The position numbers and the translations under genes were made by a program. Shown one piece after another: positions 1 through 14,493 of a stretch of DNA of 64,000 bases. Numbering within the stretch: the first letter of the stretch is position 1; each line of letters starts with the position of its first letter. Below the pieces are notes generated by a model. It was not told where the DNA came from. It saw only the letters and a list, made by a program, of their open reading frames with translations, and searched no databases. The stretch spans positions 148,304,001 through 148,368,000 of the forward strand of contig OX597817.1 of assembly GCA_951406725.2 (NCBI GenBank). Reading direction: 5' to 3'. This DNA comes from Octopus vulgaris (taxonomy: Eukaryota).

Positions 1-270
1 CCCAACGAATTTGTTTATAAATAAAGTTAGACACCGTGAAAACTGGAAGTGGTTTGGAGCTAACTATCGTGAAACGGATTTCCACGCCCACAGAGATTCA
101 TACATGCATATATACATACATATTTACACTTATAATCCCCATATCAACGAGCGAAATCATATGTACATGTGAAGTATTCAAACAAATACCACACACACAA
201 ATAGCAAGGAAGTATGTACACTAGTGAACTAATGTGACCTCGCGTACATCAAGTGTAAGATCACCGGTCC

Positions 271-272
<2 letters not shown>

Positions 273-340
<68 letters not shown>
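273..340. repeat. (TA)n microsatellite (representative of dozens of (TA)n tracts in the window)
   Basis: Perfect dinucleotide run read directly. Confidence 0.98.
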
Positions 341-342
<2 letters not shown>

Positions 343-968
343 TTCTTCTGTTGGCCTGCTCGCTTAGCCAGCCGGGTGGGGTCATTTGAAGGCTAAAACA
401 ATGCGAAGCGCATTGTGACCAGCGATGTGTAGCAAAAGCTGATAGCCTGGTCGGTCAGGGTAATCACGGTGATTATATATACATACATATAACAAAATAA
501 TCTACATATCCCAAAACTCTAAACGTTGTCATTCCTTAAACAGAAGTGCCTTGCCATTATAATCATGCCTGTCACTTATTGCAACCCACGGTATTAACTG
601 TTTCTATATCAGCCGAGGCGAAATTTGCTGATATTGATATTGAATGCTTTCTGCTGATGACGTTCAAAGAAACAGAAATACATATTTCATAATTCCACCA
701 CCGTTACTAGAAGCTTTTCGCTTGCTACTGATACATTTCTGTGTGTTTTTAACACGATACGCCTATATGCGATGCTTCCTCGATGGTAATATCGCCGTTA
801 AGTCTTCGAAGATATGTCTGTGTGAGGTACGAAATACAATATGATATTTTGACCTAATAGTAATTCCGTCGCTTATAAGTATTTTTTCAGCCTGTCAGCT
901 TATAGCACCTCAAGTAATTTGTTAGTCAATGTCCTGTTTTTTCTTAATATCAGTAGAAGTTAAATCTG

Positions 969-1203
969 ATAAGGTGGTGAGCTGGCAGAAACGTTAGCAC
1001 GCCGGGTGAAATGCTAAGCGGTATTTCGTCTGCCGTTACGTTCTGAGTTCAAATTCCGCCGAGGTCGACTTTGCCTTTCATCCTTTCGGGGTCTATAAAT
1101 TAAGTACCAGTTACGCACTGGGGTCGATGTAATCGACTTAATCCCTTTGTCTGTCCTTGCTTGCCCCCTCTATGTTTATCCCCTTGTGGGCAATAAAGAA
1201 ATA
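969..1203 (+). mobile_element. tRNA-derived SINE, family A (head AAGGYGGTGAGCTGGCAGAA), full length
   Basis: A-box-like GAGCTGGCAGAAACG, B-box GAGTTCAAATTCC, A-rich tail; 14-bp TSD AGAAGTTAAATCTG at 955-968 and 1204-1217; homologous to copies at 39.1, 39.4, 45.5 and 55 kb. Confidence 0.92.
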
Positions 1204-1935
1204 AGAAGTTAAATCTGTTACAGCCTACGGTTGAGGTTATATTCTTCCTAGTAATGACAAGCAAAGAAGCTGAAACACGTATTTACCTATTCCACCATCA
1301 CAACTGGTTATACGTCGCCTTATACTCATACACGTCTGAGCTTTTTAGCATTATACGGGTATTAAAGATGCTTTATAAAGACAAATAACGTAGGTCTCCA
1401 GCATTCAACAATATATCCACTTTAGGTAAGACACGCAGGATACAATGAGTCCTAATTTACTCATAAGACCAACATTTTTTTCATGGGAGGCATTTATTTG
1501 ATTTTATTGATCCCAGTATATGAGCGGCATTTCATGTCATCAATCAAGAAAATTTGAAAGGTAAACAAACCCTGGAGAAGATTTGAACTCGGGACATAAA
1601 GAGCCGGGAGAAACGGTGCAGTATGTTTGTTCTGTGTAGGGATTCTATCATTCCTCCAAGTTCTAATAATTATATAATTCTAATAATTATATAATTATTT
1701 TCTTAATTCGATACAGTTTTAGATACTTTTCAGAGCAGAGTCAAGACGATAACATCAACCACAATAGTTGTGAGGTACTTCCTTTTTATCGATGCCGAAA
1801 TGACAAAGCACGTCTTGAACTCGGAACGTAAAGTCCTGGAAGAAATACAGGTTTTTCCGACAAATATATATATATAGTAAATGAGAGCAATATGCAGATT
1901 AAGTCAGGAGGAGATTATAGTCTTTAATGAAACTG

Positions 1936-1987
1936 AAACAACAAAAATTTGTTTCGTGACTTTCAGGCAACGCCAATCATCAGGCGA
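1936..1987 (-). ncRNA. Hammerhead-ribozyme-like motif (degenerate)
   Basis: Minus strand CUGAUGA-UUGGC..GUCAC-GAAAC-AAAUUUUU-GUU; core boxes intact, but the 10.1-11.1 pair and stem I are weak. Confidence 0.45.
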
Positions 1988-2113
1988 GTCATGAACAGAG
2001 CGTACGTATGAAACATGGGAGGTAACACAAATTTTCAGTTTCAGTTAGCTAAAATAAGAAAACACACACACACTCTCCCTCTCTCTCTCTTTATATATAT
2101 ATATATATATATG

Positions 2114-2417
2114 TTCAACAATATTAAGGAATGGCCCTGATAGGCCATTCGACCCACTAGAAAGAGCAGCCAAACTCAAACCGCTAAATAGCTGTAATTC
2201 TGAAACCAAAGGAGAAATAAAAACATTTACCCTTATCATCTTTGGGCTATGCATAGTTTACTAAAGTGTCGAAACTATGCATAGTCCAAAGATGATAAGG
2301 GTAAATGTTTTTATTTCTCCTTTGGTTTCAGAATGACAGCTATTTAGCGGTTTGAGTTTCGCTGCTCTTTCTAGTGGGTCGAATGGCCTATCAGGGTCAT
2401 TCCTTAATATTGTTGAA
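2114..2417. repeat. 304-bp inverted repeat (146-bp arms, 12-nt spacer) between (TA)n tracts; PLE pLTR-like fold-back with the 3' half of an HHR at its centre
   Basis: 2114-2259 is the reverse complement of 2272-2417 with about 4 mismatches; centre reads ACTAAAGTGTC-GAAAC-TATGCATA-GTC-CAAAG. Confidence 0.9.
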
Positions 2418-2511
2418 ATTATATATATATATAGTCTGTGACTATTTCTCTTTCCCACTAGACCGCTGGTGGCGAAAAGTTTTTCTAGAATTTTTTGCTA
2501 CCCTTATATTG

Positions 2512-2662
<151 letters not shown>

Positions 2663-4359
2663 AGACCTTGTTGTAATGAGGTACTTTCCCACATGTCCCA
2701 CAAATTTTTTCCGATATCTCTGAAGTCATGATCCATGAGCTGGTAATCTAACATTTATCAGTTTGTTACGGTTTTTACAGTCGTGTTAAAAATGACTTTA
2801 TCTGAAGGCTGTGCTAGTGTTTGAGTGTATAATAACTGGTGAGTATAAGTTCCTCGAATTCTGTAGACAGCTAACCCATGTGTATAAAAAATGTTGAGGA
2901 ATATAGTAATGTCCGAAACGTATTTGAATTTACCCATATCTTGTTTATTCCATAATAAGCTCCGAAGTTTGAAAAGATATTAAATACCGGCAGCGATTAG
3001 TTTGACTAAACTCTTCAATGCATTATTGTAGTCCAATGAGTGAAGAGAGCAAGTAAAAGATAAAGGATGGAGAAACAAAATATCTGACATAACGTAAATA
3101 ATGGTTTTTATTCAGACAGTGAGAGCAGAGAAGAACTGACGGGTTGCGCAATGGCGCCTTCTATATTGACAGTTAATATGTTGTGCCGAAACATATAGTG
3201 TAGTATTCTACAAAAGTATCTGACTGGAATTTGAACTTTAAATAAGTATAAAAGCAGTACGAATAATTTCGAAAAAGAGAAATAATTTGATTTAATAGAA
3301 ATCCGACCGTTCGTTTGTTATGTAATGCTACACTATTTATATTTCTTTTGAGACACACACACTGCTTGTACAGGCGAGAAGACTTGCTTTCGTAGGAAAA
3401 ATTCCAATCTCCTGTGTAACTACTGCAACATAACTGTACAGCGTGTGATAGGAATCTATCATTGAGATGCCATTCCCGTTCGTCTGCTATTCTTTTATAT
3501 TCCTAACATTGACAACGCCTTACAAAATCCAGGCATCGATACATTTCTTTTCCCTGCGAATTAAGTATTCTCTTTGTGCATTTAACAGTATCAATGAAGT
3601 TTAAACTTTGTTATAAACAATTCGCTCGTTTGCAATCCTGAATTTATTAATTCGGTTATAAACAGTTCTATGTTGAAAGATAATACGTCAGCTTCAACGA
3701 AGGGAGTCTCTTGTGTATTCAGATATAGATATTTTTAATAGTACACAAACATGAATGAGCCTTCTATGCGGGCATATATTACTACATATATCACAATAGA
3801 ATTATTGTTTATATAAAGATGAAGAATTACGCACTCCCGTATTCATGTCCATACATCCATAAAAATATGCAAATACATATACATACATACATACATATAC
3901 ATACATACATACATATATACATACAAACATACATAAACACACACACACATACGAGTAAGCATTCTATTTGTAAGTTTCTGTATGTATGATCGCAGCGTGT
4001 ATATGTGCATTTGACGTGTATCATTGTGCTTTTATATGTGCGTATGCACGTGTATGTATGTGTATGTGTTTGTGTATCTGTCTGTCTGATTATGTAAACT
4101 TGAAACGTTTCCCCGCAGCTCGTATAAAACTGTGAAATTTTAAATTACACAAACGCTCATCCAGACGCACGCAGGCACTCATGCCTAAACGCGAGTACAC
4201 TCCCATATCACCCTACAAATATATATTCATGCATCTCTGTGTATACACACACACACATACACAAAGACACACACTCACACACATATATGTATGTACGTAT
4301 ACATTAGGTTTGCATATACATATTTATGTATATGCATAGTATCTGTATGCAGAAATGAG

Positions 4360-4455
<96 letters not shown>

Positions 4456-4499
4456 TATCAACAGTGATGGAAAGAGAAAGAGCGGAAAAGTGATAGAAA

Positions 4500-4880
4500 G
4501 TGGACGAAAAAATCGATAAGAAGAGGTGCACTCCCAAAATTAATTGTTGCTACAATTTCTGAGAAGTGTCGGTGGAAAATGAGTAGTAAGGAGAAAGAAA
4601 AGCCAAATACTCACAATGTTTGCCCAGTAGTATAATCCAGATGGGGAGCTGTGTAAACGAAGGTGCATGTAACTCTAAAAATTGAGGTAATCGTACATAT
4701 GTATATACGACAGGGTGCAGAAAAATGTGCCTGGCTTTTTGGGTTTTGCAAAAGATCTGGCTGGAAGCCCAAATTTCGGCGTTCTTTAACAGGGTTTGGA
4801 AACTGATGGACCGATGCAATAAGAGTGTGAATGGGAGCGGGGAATATGCTGAATGAAAACATAATTATCTGATCATACAA
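4500..4880 (-). mobile_element. Highly degenerate Penelope-like (GIY-YIG region) remnant
   Basis: Frame-hopping translation gives RRNLG..., PGTFFC and YTTGQT, resembling the PLE linker and YIGQT motif; many frameshifts. Confidence 0.35.
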
Positions 4881-5704
4881 AGCTGTAATTATGGATTTTG
4901 AAGCGTATTACAATGGGAAATTTGTTTATTTTCTTCTGAATTTGATCAATGAGGTGTGGCATCCAAGTATCCATAATAATGTGAGTCTCTGCAATTAGAT
5001 TCTTTGCTTGAAATATAAAATAAAATTAAAATTTATTGCTTTTCATTTTTGCAAGCACACTTTAGTATGAGAGTCCTTAAATCCATATATGCTTTATTGG
5101 TAATTCTTCTGTAATAATCCAAAATAGTTATGTGTAAAATCCATTATATTGTCTTGTATTCCAAAATCAAAAGCAATATTTTAAAATTTTATTTGAAACA
5201 AATACCATTTTCCTATATTACTTCATATTTTTTAAAAACTACAATACGATAAATCATGCAAGTTTAGCATTTTATATCTCTGAAGAGCAGAAGAGTTGTC
5301 TATAGATGCTTATCAATATAGGATTCCATTGTAGGGTCAGCACTTATACGAAACGATCGTAAGATGCATTAAAAATTTAATTCGAAACTTTTTAAAATGT
5401 CATTATTATATATTTATACTTATACATATTTACATATATTTATATATATTTGCATTTTTAATACAACAAAAATTTTACACACGTATATATCTTTCTGAAG
5501 AATTTTCTAATATTGATTTCCTGATGTTAATAATAATAATATATTATATAAAATATATATAATCGCTCGTATTAAATACATAAATACTTTAATAGTATTA
5601 ATACTTTAATACAATAGAGCACTCAATATAAATTCAGTATACAATATTCTTATTGAATTAATTTAACTAAAGATTTATATATATATATATATATATACAT
5701 GCCT

Positions 5705-5935
5705 TAGATAATTTATATAGGTTTCGACCAAAGATTGGTCCAGGCTATGTTGGCCCTAATAGAACAACCTAATAGGATTAGCTGAACTGTTTTTAAGTCA
5801 AGTTTCGTGGTATTATGGTCCATTCGAGTTCTTTTTGAGTGAGTTGTATCCAGGTATAGTTGGCTTATCTGGTATTCCACGAAGAAATTTGTCCAGATTC
5901 CGTTTAAAAGTTATGGAATCCTTTTCCTCTTTGAT
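5705..5935 (-). mobile_element. CR1-group LINE 3' end
   Basis: Minus translation KDSITFKRNLDKFLRGIPDKPTIPGY; 3' UTR stem-loop GACC..GGTC-GAAACCTAT similar to the CR1 ends at 16.5 and 26.6 kb. Confidence 0.65.
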
Positions 5936-6073
5936 GTTCCCCCTCCCCTGTATAGCACATTATTTATCGTTTTCTTTTTTCCGCGTTTTCTCTCTCTCTC
6001 CCTTTCTGTCCCACACCTTTCTCTGCCCCTCTGTGTCCATTGTTCCGGACTTACTTACTGGTGTAACCATCAA

Positions 6074-6470
6074 TAGGGGTTGGACAAAATAATGGAAACA
6101 CCTGGCATCATAGCATCATAAATTTGTAATATCAATAAAACCGACAAAGACTTGTTTATTTTTTATGTTTTTTGATTTATTATTAGTGTTGCTTAATATG
6201 TTTTGCTAAAATTGCTGCAATTAGAGGGCTGCAATCAGAAAACCACTACTCCCATAAACAAACGTTGCGAAGTGCTTAGAGTGGAGTAAAAACCTACAGA
6301 ATTGGTCCCAAGAGCAGTGGAAGAATGTCATCCTTTACCCTATTGCCGACCACCGGCCGAATATACGCGTGGAGACAGCCAAAAGAAGCATTTGGCTGTC
6401 CAGACTGCCTTATTCCAACTGTTAAACATAGAGGAAGATCTGTGATGATCTGGGAGCTATATCTTGGAAG
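6074..6470 (+). mobile_element. Tc1-like DNA transposon remnant (left TIR plus internally deleted transposase)
   Basis: TA-GGGGTTGGACAAAATAATGGAAACACC terminus; translation AIRKPLL..CLEWSKNLQNWSQEQWKNV..PTVKHRGRSVMIW, typical of the Tc1 DDE region. Confidence 0.8.
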
Positions 6471-6588
6471 TTCGCCTGCCTAATTGCTTGCCAATGTAGA
6501 CTTACTCAAATTTCGAAAATACAAGAATACAAAGATCACCAGAGTATTTCACTCCAAGCAGTGCCGTACTATTCATATCTATTAAAGA

Positions 6589-6876
6589 TCAATAACATGA
6601 AATCCCTTGAACAGGTTTACTACAGAGGCATTTTGTGATGGATATACAGGGATAACATAGCTCAGCAACAAAACTAAAAGAGAATTGCTTCTTCACATAA
6701 TTTTTGAACGGCCTGATGTCTGAAACATCGTGTTCTGTTTTTCCTAAGTGGGTTTTCAATCGACTTGTTTTGCAACACATATTAAATGGCTTAGATCTTT
6801 TATTCATCTCTTCGCATAATTGTTTTGGGAGTTTTATTCCTTTTTCACTACTGGCTGTTTGGCCATAAAACTTCAT
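6589..6876 (-). mobile_element. Possible hAT/Buster-like transposase remnant
   Basis: ORF contains KTSRLKTHL...H....PFKNY, resembling the MKPSxLKRHL BED-finger motif; weak. Confidence 0.25.
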
Positions 6877-8044
6877 TTGTCATGACTAACCTATTAAGGT
6901 CTAAATGCACACTGGAAATTACACATCGTCGAAATATATTTTCTAGGTCACAAGCTGTTGCCCTTCTACTAGTGTTTCTCTATTCGATGTTGTGGCACCA
7001 TATTAGATTCATTTAACTCACTTATGTTCAAAGGTGGTTAATCCCAAACCATACTCTCATTTCGAAAGCACATTGAACTCACATATATATATTAGTCCCA
7101 TATGCATTGCTATCTTTAGACGAAGCAATGATTTGAAGGCGTGTGTGTTTTTGCTCTTGTTTTTGTTTCTGTTTTTGCATCGAATTCGCATGTCCTATTT
7201 AATTATACCCAGATGAAAAGAAAAGTGTTCCTTTTGGTTGAAGTAACTTTATTTTAATCGTAAAAGCTAGAACAGCATCAAGACAGTAAAATCCAAAAAT
7301 TATATAAAGAACAATTTTTACAAAGATGCAATGTTGTATATGTTAGCTTGGTTCTTTTAATTCTACCTAAGAGAAATGAAAGACGAAACGAAATCTTTTG
7401 GAATTTGAAACCAGAACCTAAATTTTCATGCACTTTTTTTCCTAAGGAAGAAAGATTACTTCAACTATTTCTTTGTCGGATTGTGTCTCAACACAGCAAA
7501 GTGGTCACGAAACATGAAGAGGCAACCACTTCTAAAGATTTATTATAGATAATGGGTAAAATATATGCAATACAAATTCACACAATATTATTTTGTGAAT
7601 TTATTTAAGGTGAATTTATTATTAAGACAATAGATTTGCAACACGTTTCAAAGGTTTTAATCTTTATGTTTACATAAAGATTTGTTCAGCACAATCAAAA
7701 AATAAGGAGAAGATACGTGGAGAAGAAAAGAAAAAAATGCTGCAGTTACAACATGAAAGTTATAACATGTGCATAAATTAAAGGAAATTATAGCCATCAG
7801 GAACATTTTTACCATAAGAGGCTTTGTCTCTATGAAAATCCACGACACGAAGACGCATTTTTGTTCACAGAGAACTTTTCGGGAAATATATTTCAAGCTA
7901 AGAACATGGAAAGTTATGAAGAAATATCAAAGATATAAATTATTTATTGTAGGAAAGAGGGAAGTGAATTATAATAAAACATCGTATGCATTTTCCCTCT
8001 CTCTCTCTCTCCCTCTCTCTCGCTCTCAATCTCTCAATCTATCT

Positions 8045-8100
<56 letters not shown>

Positions 8101-8951
8101 GTTAACCTGTTATAGGTGTTTTCAACAGTCATTATAGGTAAGTTAGTAATATGTTTACTCAATTGGTTTATTGATCCCTTGAGAAAAATGGAAGACCTAA
8201 AAAAAGAATAATGCTAGTTTCGTCAGAGACATGTCTGGCTGTAGCAAAGCAGAAGAACGTGCACGGAGAGGGAGGAAAAGAGGGAAGAGGCAAGTAGAGT
8301 AAAGTAAAGAGGAAGACAAGTTACAATAAGGTGAAATGTAGGAAGGAAAGAATAGAAGAAAGAATAAAGGAAGGGGGTCACTTATTGGAAGGAAGGGGAT
8401 AGGATGGGAAAAGGACCGTCATAAAATATTAGTGTTTGGAATCAGGAACATATTTACCCATGGACGTATTTGCACTGTTTTTAGCTTACATATTCTCCAA
8501 ATGGTGTATTGAAATTTGAAATGGACCATTTACACACATGGTCAACTTATGTCTTCAATATTTGGTCATTGGTGTTATCAAGCATAGTAGAAGAATAGTA
8601 TTAGAAATAGTATTGGTAATCATATTGTGATGTGGATGCTGAGAAAGCTCTGATTGGCTAGGATATACGAGTAAAATACTGATAAATTGAGAGTTGTTAG
8701 GTTGAAATGAGGTTGAGTCAAGCTGAGTTGATTAAAATGAAATAACATTGAAAGTCGGATATGATTATAAATTAAACTCGTTAGAGGAGTTTTAAAATTT
8801 AAACCATTAAATACATTATAGATTAAAATTTGAACAAAAGTCAAAATTTGTAAATTTAGCATTAAAGCATGCTAAAAATTAGTAACGCACCTACAATGAT
8901 TAGAGGAAACACACCAACACTGCTGGTGGGGGCACAAAACACAGGCAGAAT

Positions 8952-8999
<48 letters not shown>

Positions 9000-9024
9000 T
9001 ATACAAACATATACATTTATATAT

Positions 9025-9530
<506 letters not shown>

Positions 9531-9532
9531 TA

Positions 9533-9653
9533 CCACAGGCTTCTTTCAGATTCCGCCAAACAAATCTACTCACAAGGTGTTACGCAGTGTGACTGATAAC
9601 GGAACTTTGTGATCTGCAAGCATGCTTCTCGCCACAAAGCCACGCCTGCGCCT
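9533..9653 (-). mobile_element. SINE family B head fragment (diverged)
   Basis: Reverse complement begins AGGCGCAGGCGTGGCTTTGTGGCGAGAAGC, matching the family B head at 58.8 kb. Confidence 0.7.
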
Positions 9654-9712
9654 ACACACTCACATGAACACACACACACACAACATACACACAGACACAT
9701 GCATATAAATAA

Positions 9713-9744
<32 letters not shown>

Positions 9745-10305
9745 ACCCTTATGCATATGGGTATGTGTTTCATGTATATACGTATATACGTAACGCACAT
9801 AATTACACGTCACAGAAAGCTGTTAGTATATAGTTCATGCTGTTATACTGAAATTTATGGTTGCTTTAAGCACTATCTACATTATTTTCTCTAACCTATT
9901 ATAACGAGATATGGATTCAATATTCATTGTTTTTCGTTATTTTGGTCTGTTATGCAATTTATTTGATTTTTCTTCTCTTTTTTTTTTCGTTTTACAATTG
10001 CATAAATTCTCTACACTGAACAAATTTTCAATGTTTCGCTCTAAGCCTAAAATACATAAACTTTGTGTGACCTTGCCACTACATCAGATATTATTCATTT
10101 AGAATATACCATCTTTTCGAGATTTATATTTCTATATCTGTTTTATGCATGCTATGGTTTTCCCTTGTGTTCGTTAAAAAAAATATCCCAAAATATAATT
10201 TTTAACTGTAATGATAGCTGCGCACATGATGTGAACTTTGTGTCTACACTAGCATTCTTGCACTTTGCTTTATGTTATATATATATATATATATACATAT
10301 ATATA

Positions 10306-10365
<60 letters not shown>

Positions 10366-10578
10366 ATGTATGTGTATGTGTGTGCGTGTAGGTTTGTTTT
10401 GTATGCATGTGTGTTAGATAATAATGAGTGTGGCATATACCTGGTAGCCTAGTGGTAAGGCACGTTTATTTTCAAAGTTTTTAAATATCTAACCGTGAGG
10501 GATCGATGCTAGGTGAGCCGAGACAATTGTAATGGTTAAAAAATATTCTCTTCCATCACTCTCGTTAACCAAATACCT

Positions 10579-10616
<38 letters not shown>

Positions 10617-11132
10617 ATGTATAATAAATTTATTTGTATAGTATTATGAGGTTGAATTTTTTTTATAAAACATTACAAATTAATTATAAATTATATACCT
10701 CAAAAATAGAAATGGCACATCCCACAGTCCTACATATATGATTTGATAGTGTTTAAACAGCGAAATTTTTGGATTATTTAATCCTTAATGAGGATCCGAC
10801 ATCCTCGAAATGACTATATATATATATATATATATATGTATAATTTACTGAAACAAGTAAAAGAATAAAAGAATTAAAGAATATACATACACAAGTATAC
10901 TCAAACACAAACACGCACACAAATCTATATGAATAGCTTCCAATAATTATATGTCCAAGAAATGTTGCATCTACATACAGGCGCTATGTTCCAAAAAGCC
11001 CGCGGTAGGTGAAAACCTGCTAAGTAGAAACAGTACTGTATTGTATATCTTTTTAAAATTACTTCTGTAATTTGTATACGTTTATTTTATTTTAAATGCA
11101 AAACAATACCACGGAAGAATCGACGTGAGCTT

Positions 11133-11480
11133 AAACAAGAGCACTGAGAGAGTGCAAACCTCTGCCATGGTAACGTCAACGTCCTCTTAATGATTAGCCA
11201 GAGATAATATTAAAAATGAGAATATCTGAAATATACTCGACTGCTCTCACAAACGGGAATACTAAAAATGAACTCGACAGCTCAGAAAAAAATAAGTAAA
11301 AAGAAACGAAAAATAATCTCGAATCCTTGTCCGCTACCGGATCGATCCCAAAATCTAATCATTCGTGCCAGTCATGAGGCCAAACGTCACTAAAAGTTTC
11401 ATCCAAATCCATCAGGAAGTTCTTGAGATATCTTGTCCACGGTCAAACAAACAAACTCGACTGAAAACAATATGGCGAGG
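11133..11480 (+). mobile_element. Helentron-associated non-autonomous element (HINE/DINE-1-like)
   Basis: 5' AAACAAGAGCACT..GCAAACCTCTGCC, internal AAGTTTCATCCAAATCC..TTCTTGAGATATC, (CAAA)n microsatellite, 3' GAAAACAATA..GGCGAGG; layout typical of HINEs. Confidence 0.55.
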
Positions 11481-12061
11481 GATTTCTGTAGTGTTCCATT
11501 TGTAACTGTAAATCTAACGCCTCCGCAACATAGCTACACTTGTTCCCATATATATGATAGTCATATTCGCCCAAATATTCATCATGTAATGTAAATGGGC
11601 TAGCAACTGGACTTTAGCATCGCAATGTTGTACATGCTTAACTAAATCTATTGTATCGCTCTCCACATTTAAAGGTTACAAGGTATTGCAATGCACTTTG
11701 GTAACTAAATGAAAATACGACTTAGATATAGTTATACATTGCAAAAGACTGACTCATAACATCTAAATATTTATTACCCGTCAGTTTGAAGTCCTCTGGA
11801 TATCGCCAATGATGGGTAGAATTCGTCAGCTCTTTAAAACAAATAGTTTGGCTTTAATTGATTCTAACAACTTCTGCGATATCTCTAGAACAACCGTACA
11901 GCAGCAATTAATGAAAGAATTTGAATAAGAAAACACTTCTGCTTAAGTAAGCCATCCATTTTATAGGAACACATATTAATGTCCGAGAAAAAAATAATGG
12001 ACGAATGAGAGAGAAAGAGAGAGAAGAGAAAGAGAGGAGAGAGGGGAAGAGTGGAGAGAGG

Positions 12062-12085
12062 GGATAGATAGATAGATAGATAGAC

Positions 12086-12129
<44 letters not shown>

Positions 12130-12157
12130 CGACAGCTAGCTAGCTAGATAGATAGAC

Positions 12158-12227
<70 letters not shown>
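12062..12227. repeat. (GATA)n(GA)n compound microsatellite
   Basis: Read directly. Confidence 0.97.
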
Positions 12228-13852
12228 TTTTATTACAAACTCAACAATTGCGAACTGGCAACTGACTGAAATATTTAAATATTTGTATTTCTTCTCTGGC
12301 TATATTTGCACATTTTTCTGTGTGTGAACAATCATTTTATGTTACATGTTGCTTTTTTTAGTCGTGTAACATCCTCATATCACAGAAAAAAAAATTAATT
12401 CCATTTGTAGAATTTAGTAGGATTTGGACGATCGTTAATTGCAGAAAATTTGAAAAAGACGTCGATAGAGTAACTGTTTATATCCATCACTTAAAATTGA
12501 AATGAGAAAAGAAGGTGGAATTTATTTTCTTTTTCCTTCTTTTGCTGAATGCATGGAAAGATATTATCTGATGACCAATCTTTAATCCTACAACTCGTGA
12601 AACGTCCAATAAATGCACAAACTTAGGTATTTATCACGATCTGCTAAGAGCTATCACAACAATGCATGATATACGATATAATTTAGTAAAATGTACATTT
12701 TAAGCTTTCCTAAAAGGATATAAGTGAAAAAGGGAAATATTTTTAAAATGTAGATATAAACATCGTAGAGAAGAGCGAATCGCTTAGGAAAACAAAATGA
12801 AGAAAAGGAGAAAAACGAATAACTAGTAAATGAAAGAAAAAATTAAAAAAAAAGAATATTAGCTTTGCATTGTGGAAGAAGGCAATGGGCGGTGTTCTTC
12901 AAGCGTAACAAAGAATTCGATGACTAGGGAAAACCTTGTAGATAATGTCAGTGATATCCTCCAACACACACACATATATAAAACTTTGAAAACGATAAAT
13001 ACCTCTGACAAAAGCTAAGCTTAAATAAAACAATTCGTCTATTTTTACAATGGTAGAATTAAAAAAAAAATATCTATAAAATGTAGAGGAAAGTAAACAG
13101 GAAATAAAACGGAGGAAGGAATAGCAGAATATATTTGGCAGTGAAATAAAGAATTGGTGCTAAGAGCCAAAAACAGAATGCAATATTGTTTTTTAATATG
13201 CCTTAAAAGGAAATTGTGAACTGAATTAAACCAGAATGTAATGGATCTTCTGATATGTGAGACGAACTATCGTGTCGTATATAACGATTAAAAAATTGGA
13301 AAAAGTCTTCTTTCTACCCATCATTAAACCGGACTTCATATCCGACATGAGTATATTACGAATATGATACACCATTTAAGTCAATAAAAACTAAATTTGT
13401 AAAAGGAGAAAAACATATGTAAACAGACACTGAGTAATGAGTTAGCAGAGAAGTGCTCTTCTGGGAATTATTCAGGGAACCCAACTCAATATCGAATGTC
13501 ATTAAAACTCGTAGATTAACGGTGTAAAGTTTGCAATAACTTATACAAAAAATAGTATAGAATCTCTTTTTTTTACGCTCTCCCTCTCTCTCTCTTATTC
13601 TCACTGTCTCTTTATTTTCCCCTACCTCTCTTTTTCGCTCATTCTTTACTGCTTCTTTTTCCTTAATTTCACAATAGACATGTTATAGACATATTGATCT
13701 GGGAGGTTGCTTCAGTTGACATATACATTAATACGTACATCTACACATACACATGCATGCACACACACACACATACACACACACACACGCATACACACAC
13801 GATCATTCTATATATGTCTGTGTGCGTGTGCACATATATATGTATATATATG

Positions 13853-13909
<57 letters not shown>

Positions 13910-14453
13910 AATTAAATAAATCTAAATATATGTACATTTACATACACCCACATAATAAGCGTATATATTTATGTATATTCATCTACATCTAAATATGTAT
14001 GCCTATATATATATATGTGTATGTGTGTGTGTGAGCGAGTGTTTGTGTATGTGTGTGTGTGTGCAAAATCCCTTGCGCATTACTATATTGGTTTTCAGGG
14101 GGCTCTTTGTTACTGCAGATCTTGTATATGTTGTTAAAGTATTATTGCATTGTTAAGGGAATTTTGTATAATAGAGGCTGTGCTAAGTAGAGGTGTTTCT
14201 GAGATGAGAATGCTGATACATTTTTTTTTATTAATTTGCCTTCTGTTATTGTACTTTCTTTATCGTCACCAGATAAATAATATTTTTTTCTAATGATTGT
14301 AATGCCCTACAAAATATATTATTTTGACTGCTGCAAAAATAATAATCATGTATGTGGTGATCAACTGTAAACGCATGTCGTTACATTGCTCAAAGATTTT
14401 CTCTGCATAACTTATATATATATATATGTGTGTGTGTGTGTGCGTGCGTGTGT

Positions 14454-14490
<37 letters not shown>

Positions 14491-14493
<3 letters not shown>

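Noticed and set aside
218-272. Similarity of this end to 24866-24893 (GGGGAC..TAGTTCACTAG..GTGATCT) as transposon termini
   Set aside because: Matches are short and rearranged, and no partner TIR is visible within the window.
2128-2200. CCUGAUAG...GAAAC in the palindrome arms as a second hammerhead
   Set aside because: The core reads CUGAUAG (G8 and A9 absent) and stems I and III cannot be placed around a valid cleavage triplet.
8205-8235. Minus-strand CUGACGAAAC as an HHR
   Set aside because: Stem II is absent (possibly collapsed by deletion), so it cannot fold as a ribozyme.
10783-10815. UUAAUGAGGAU..AUCCUCGAAAUGAC as an HHR
   Set aside because: G5 is missing and there is no stem III; at best a dead remnant.
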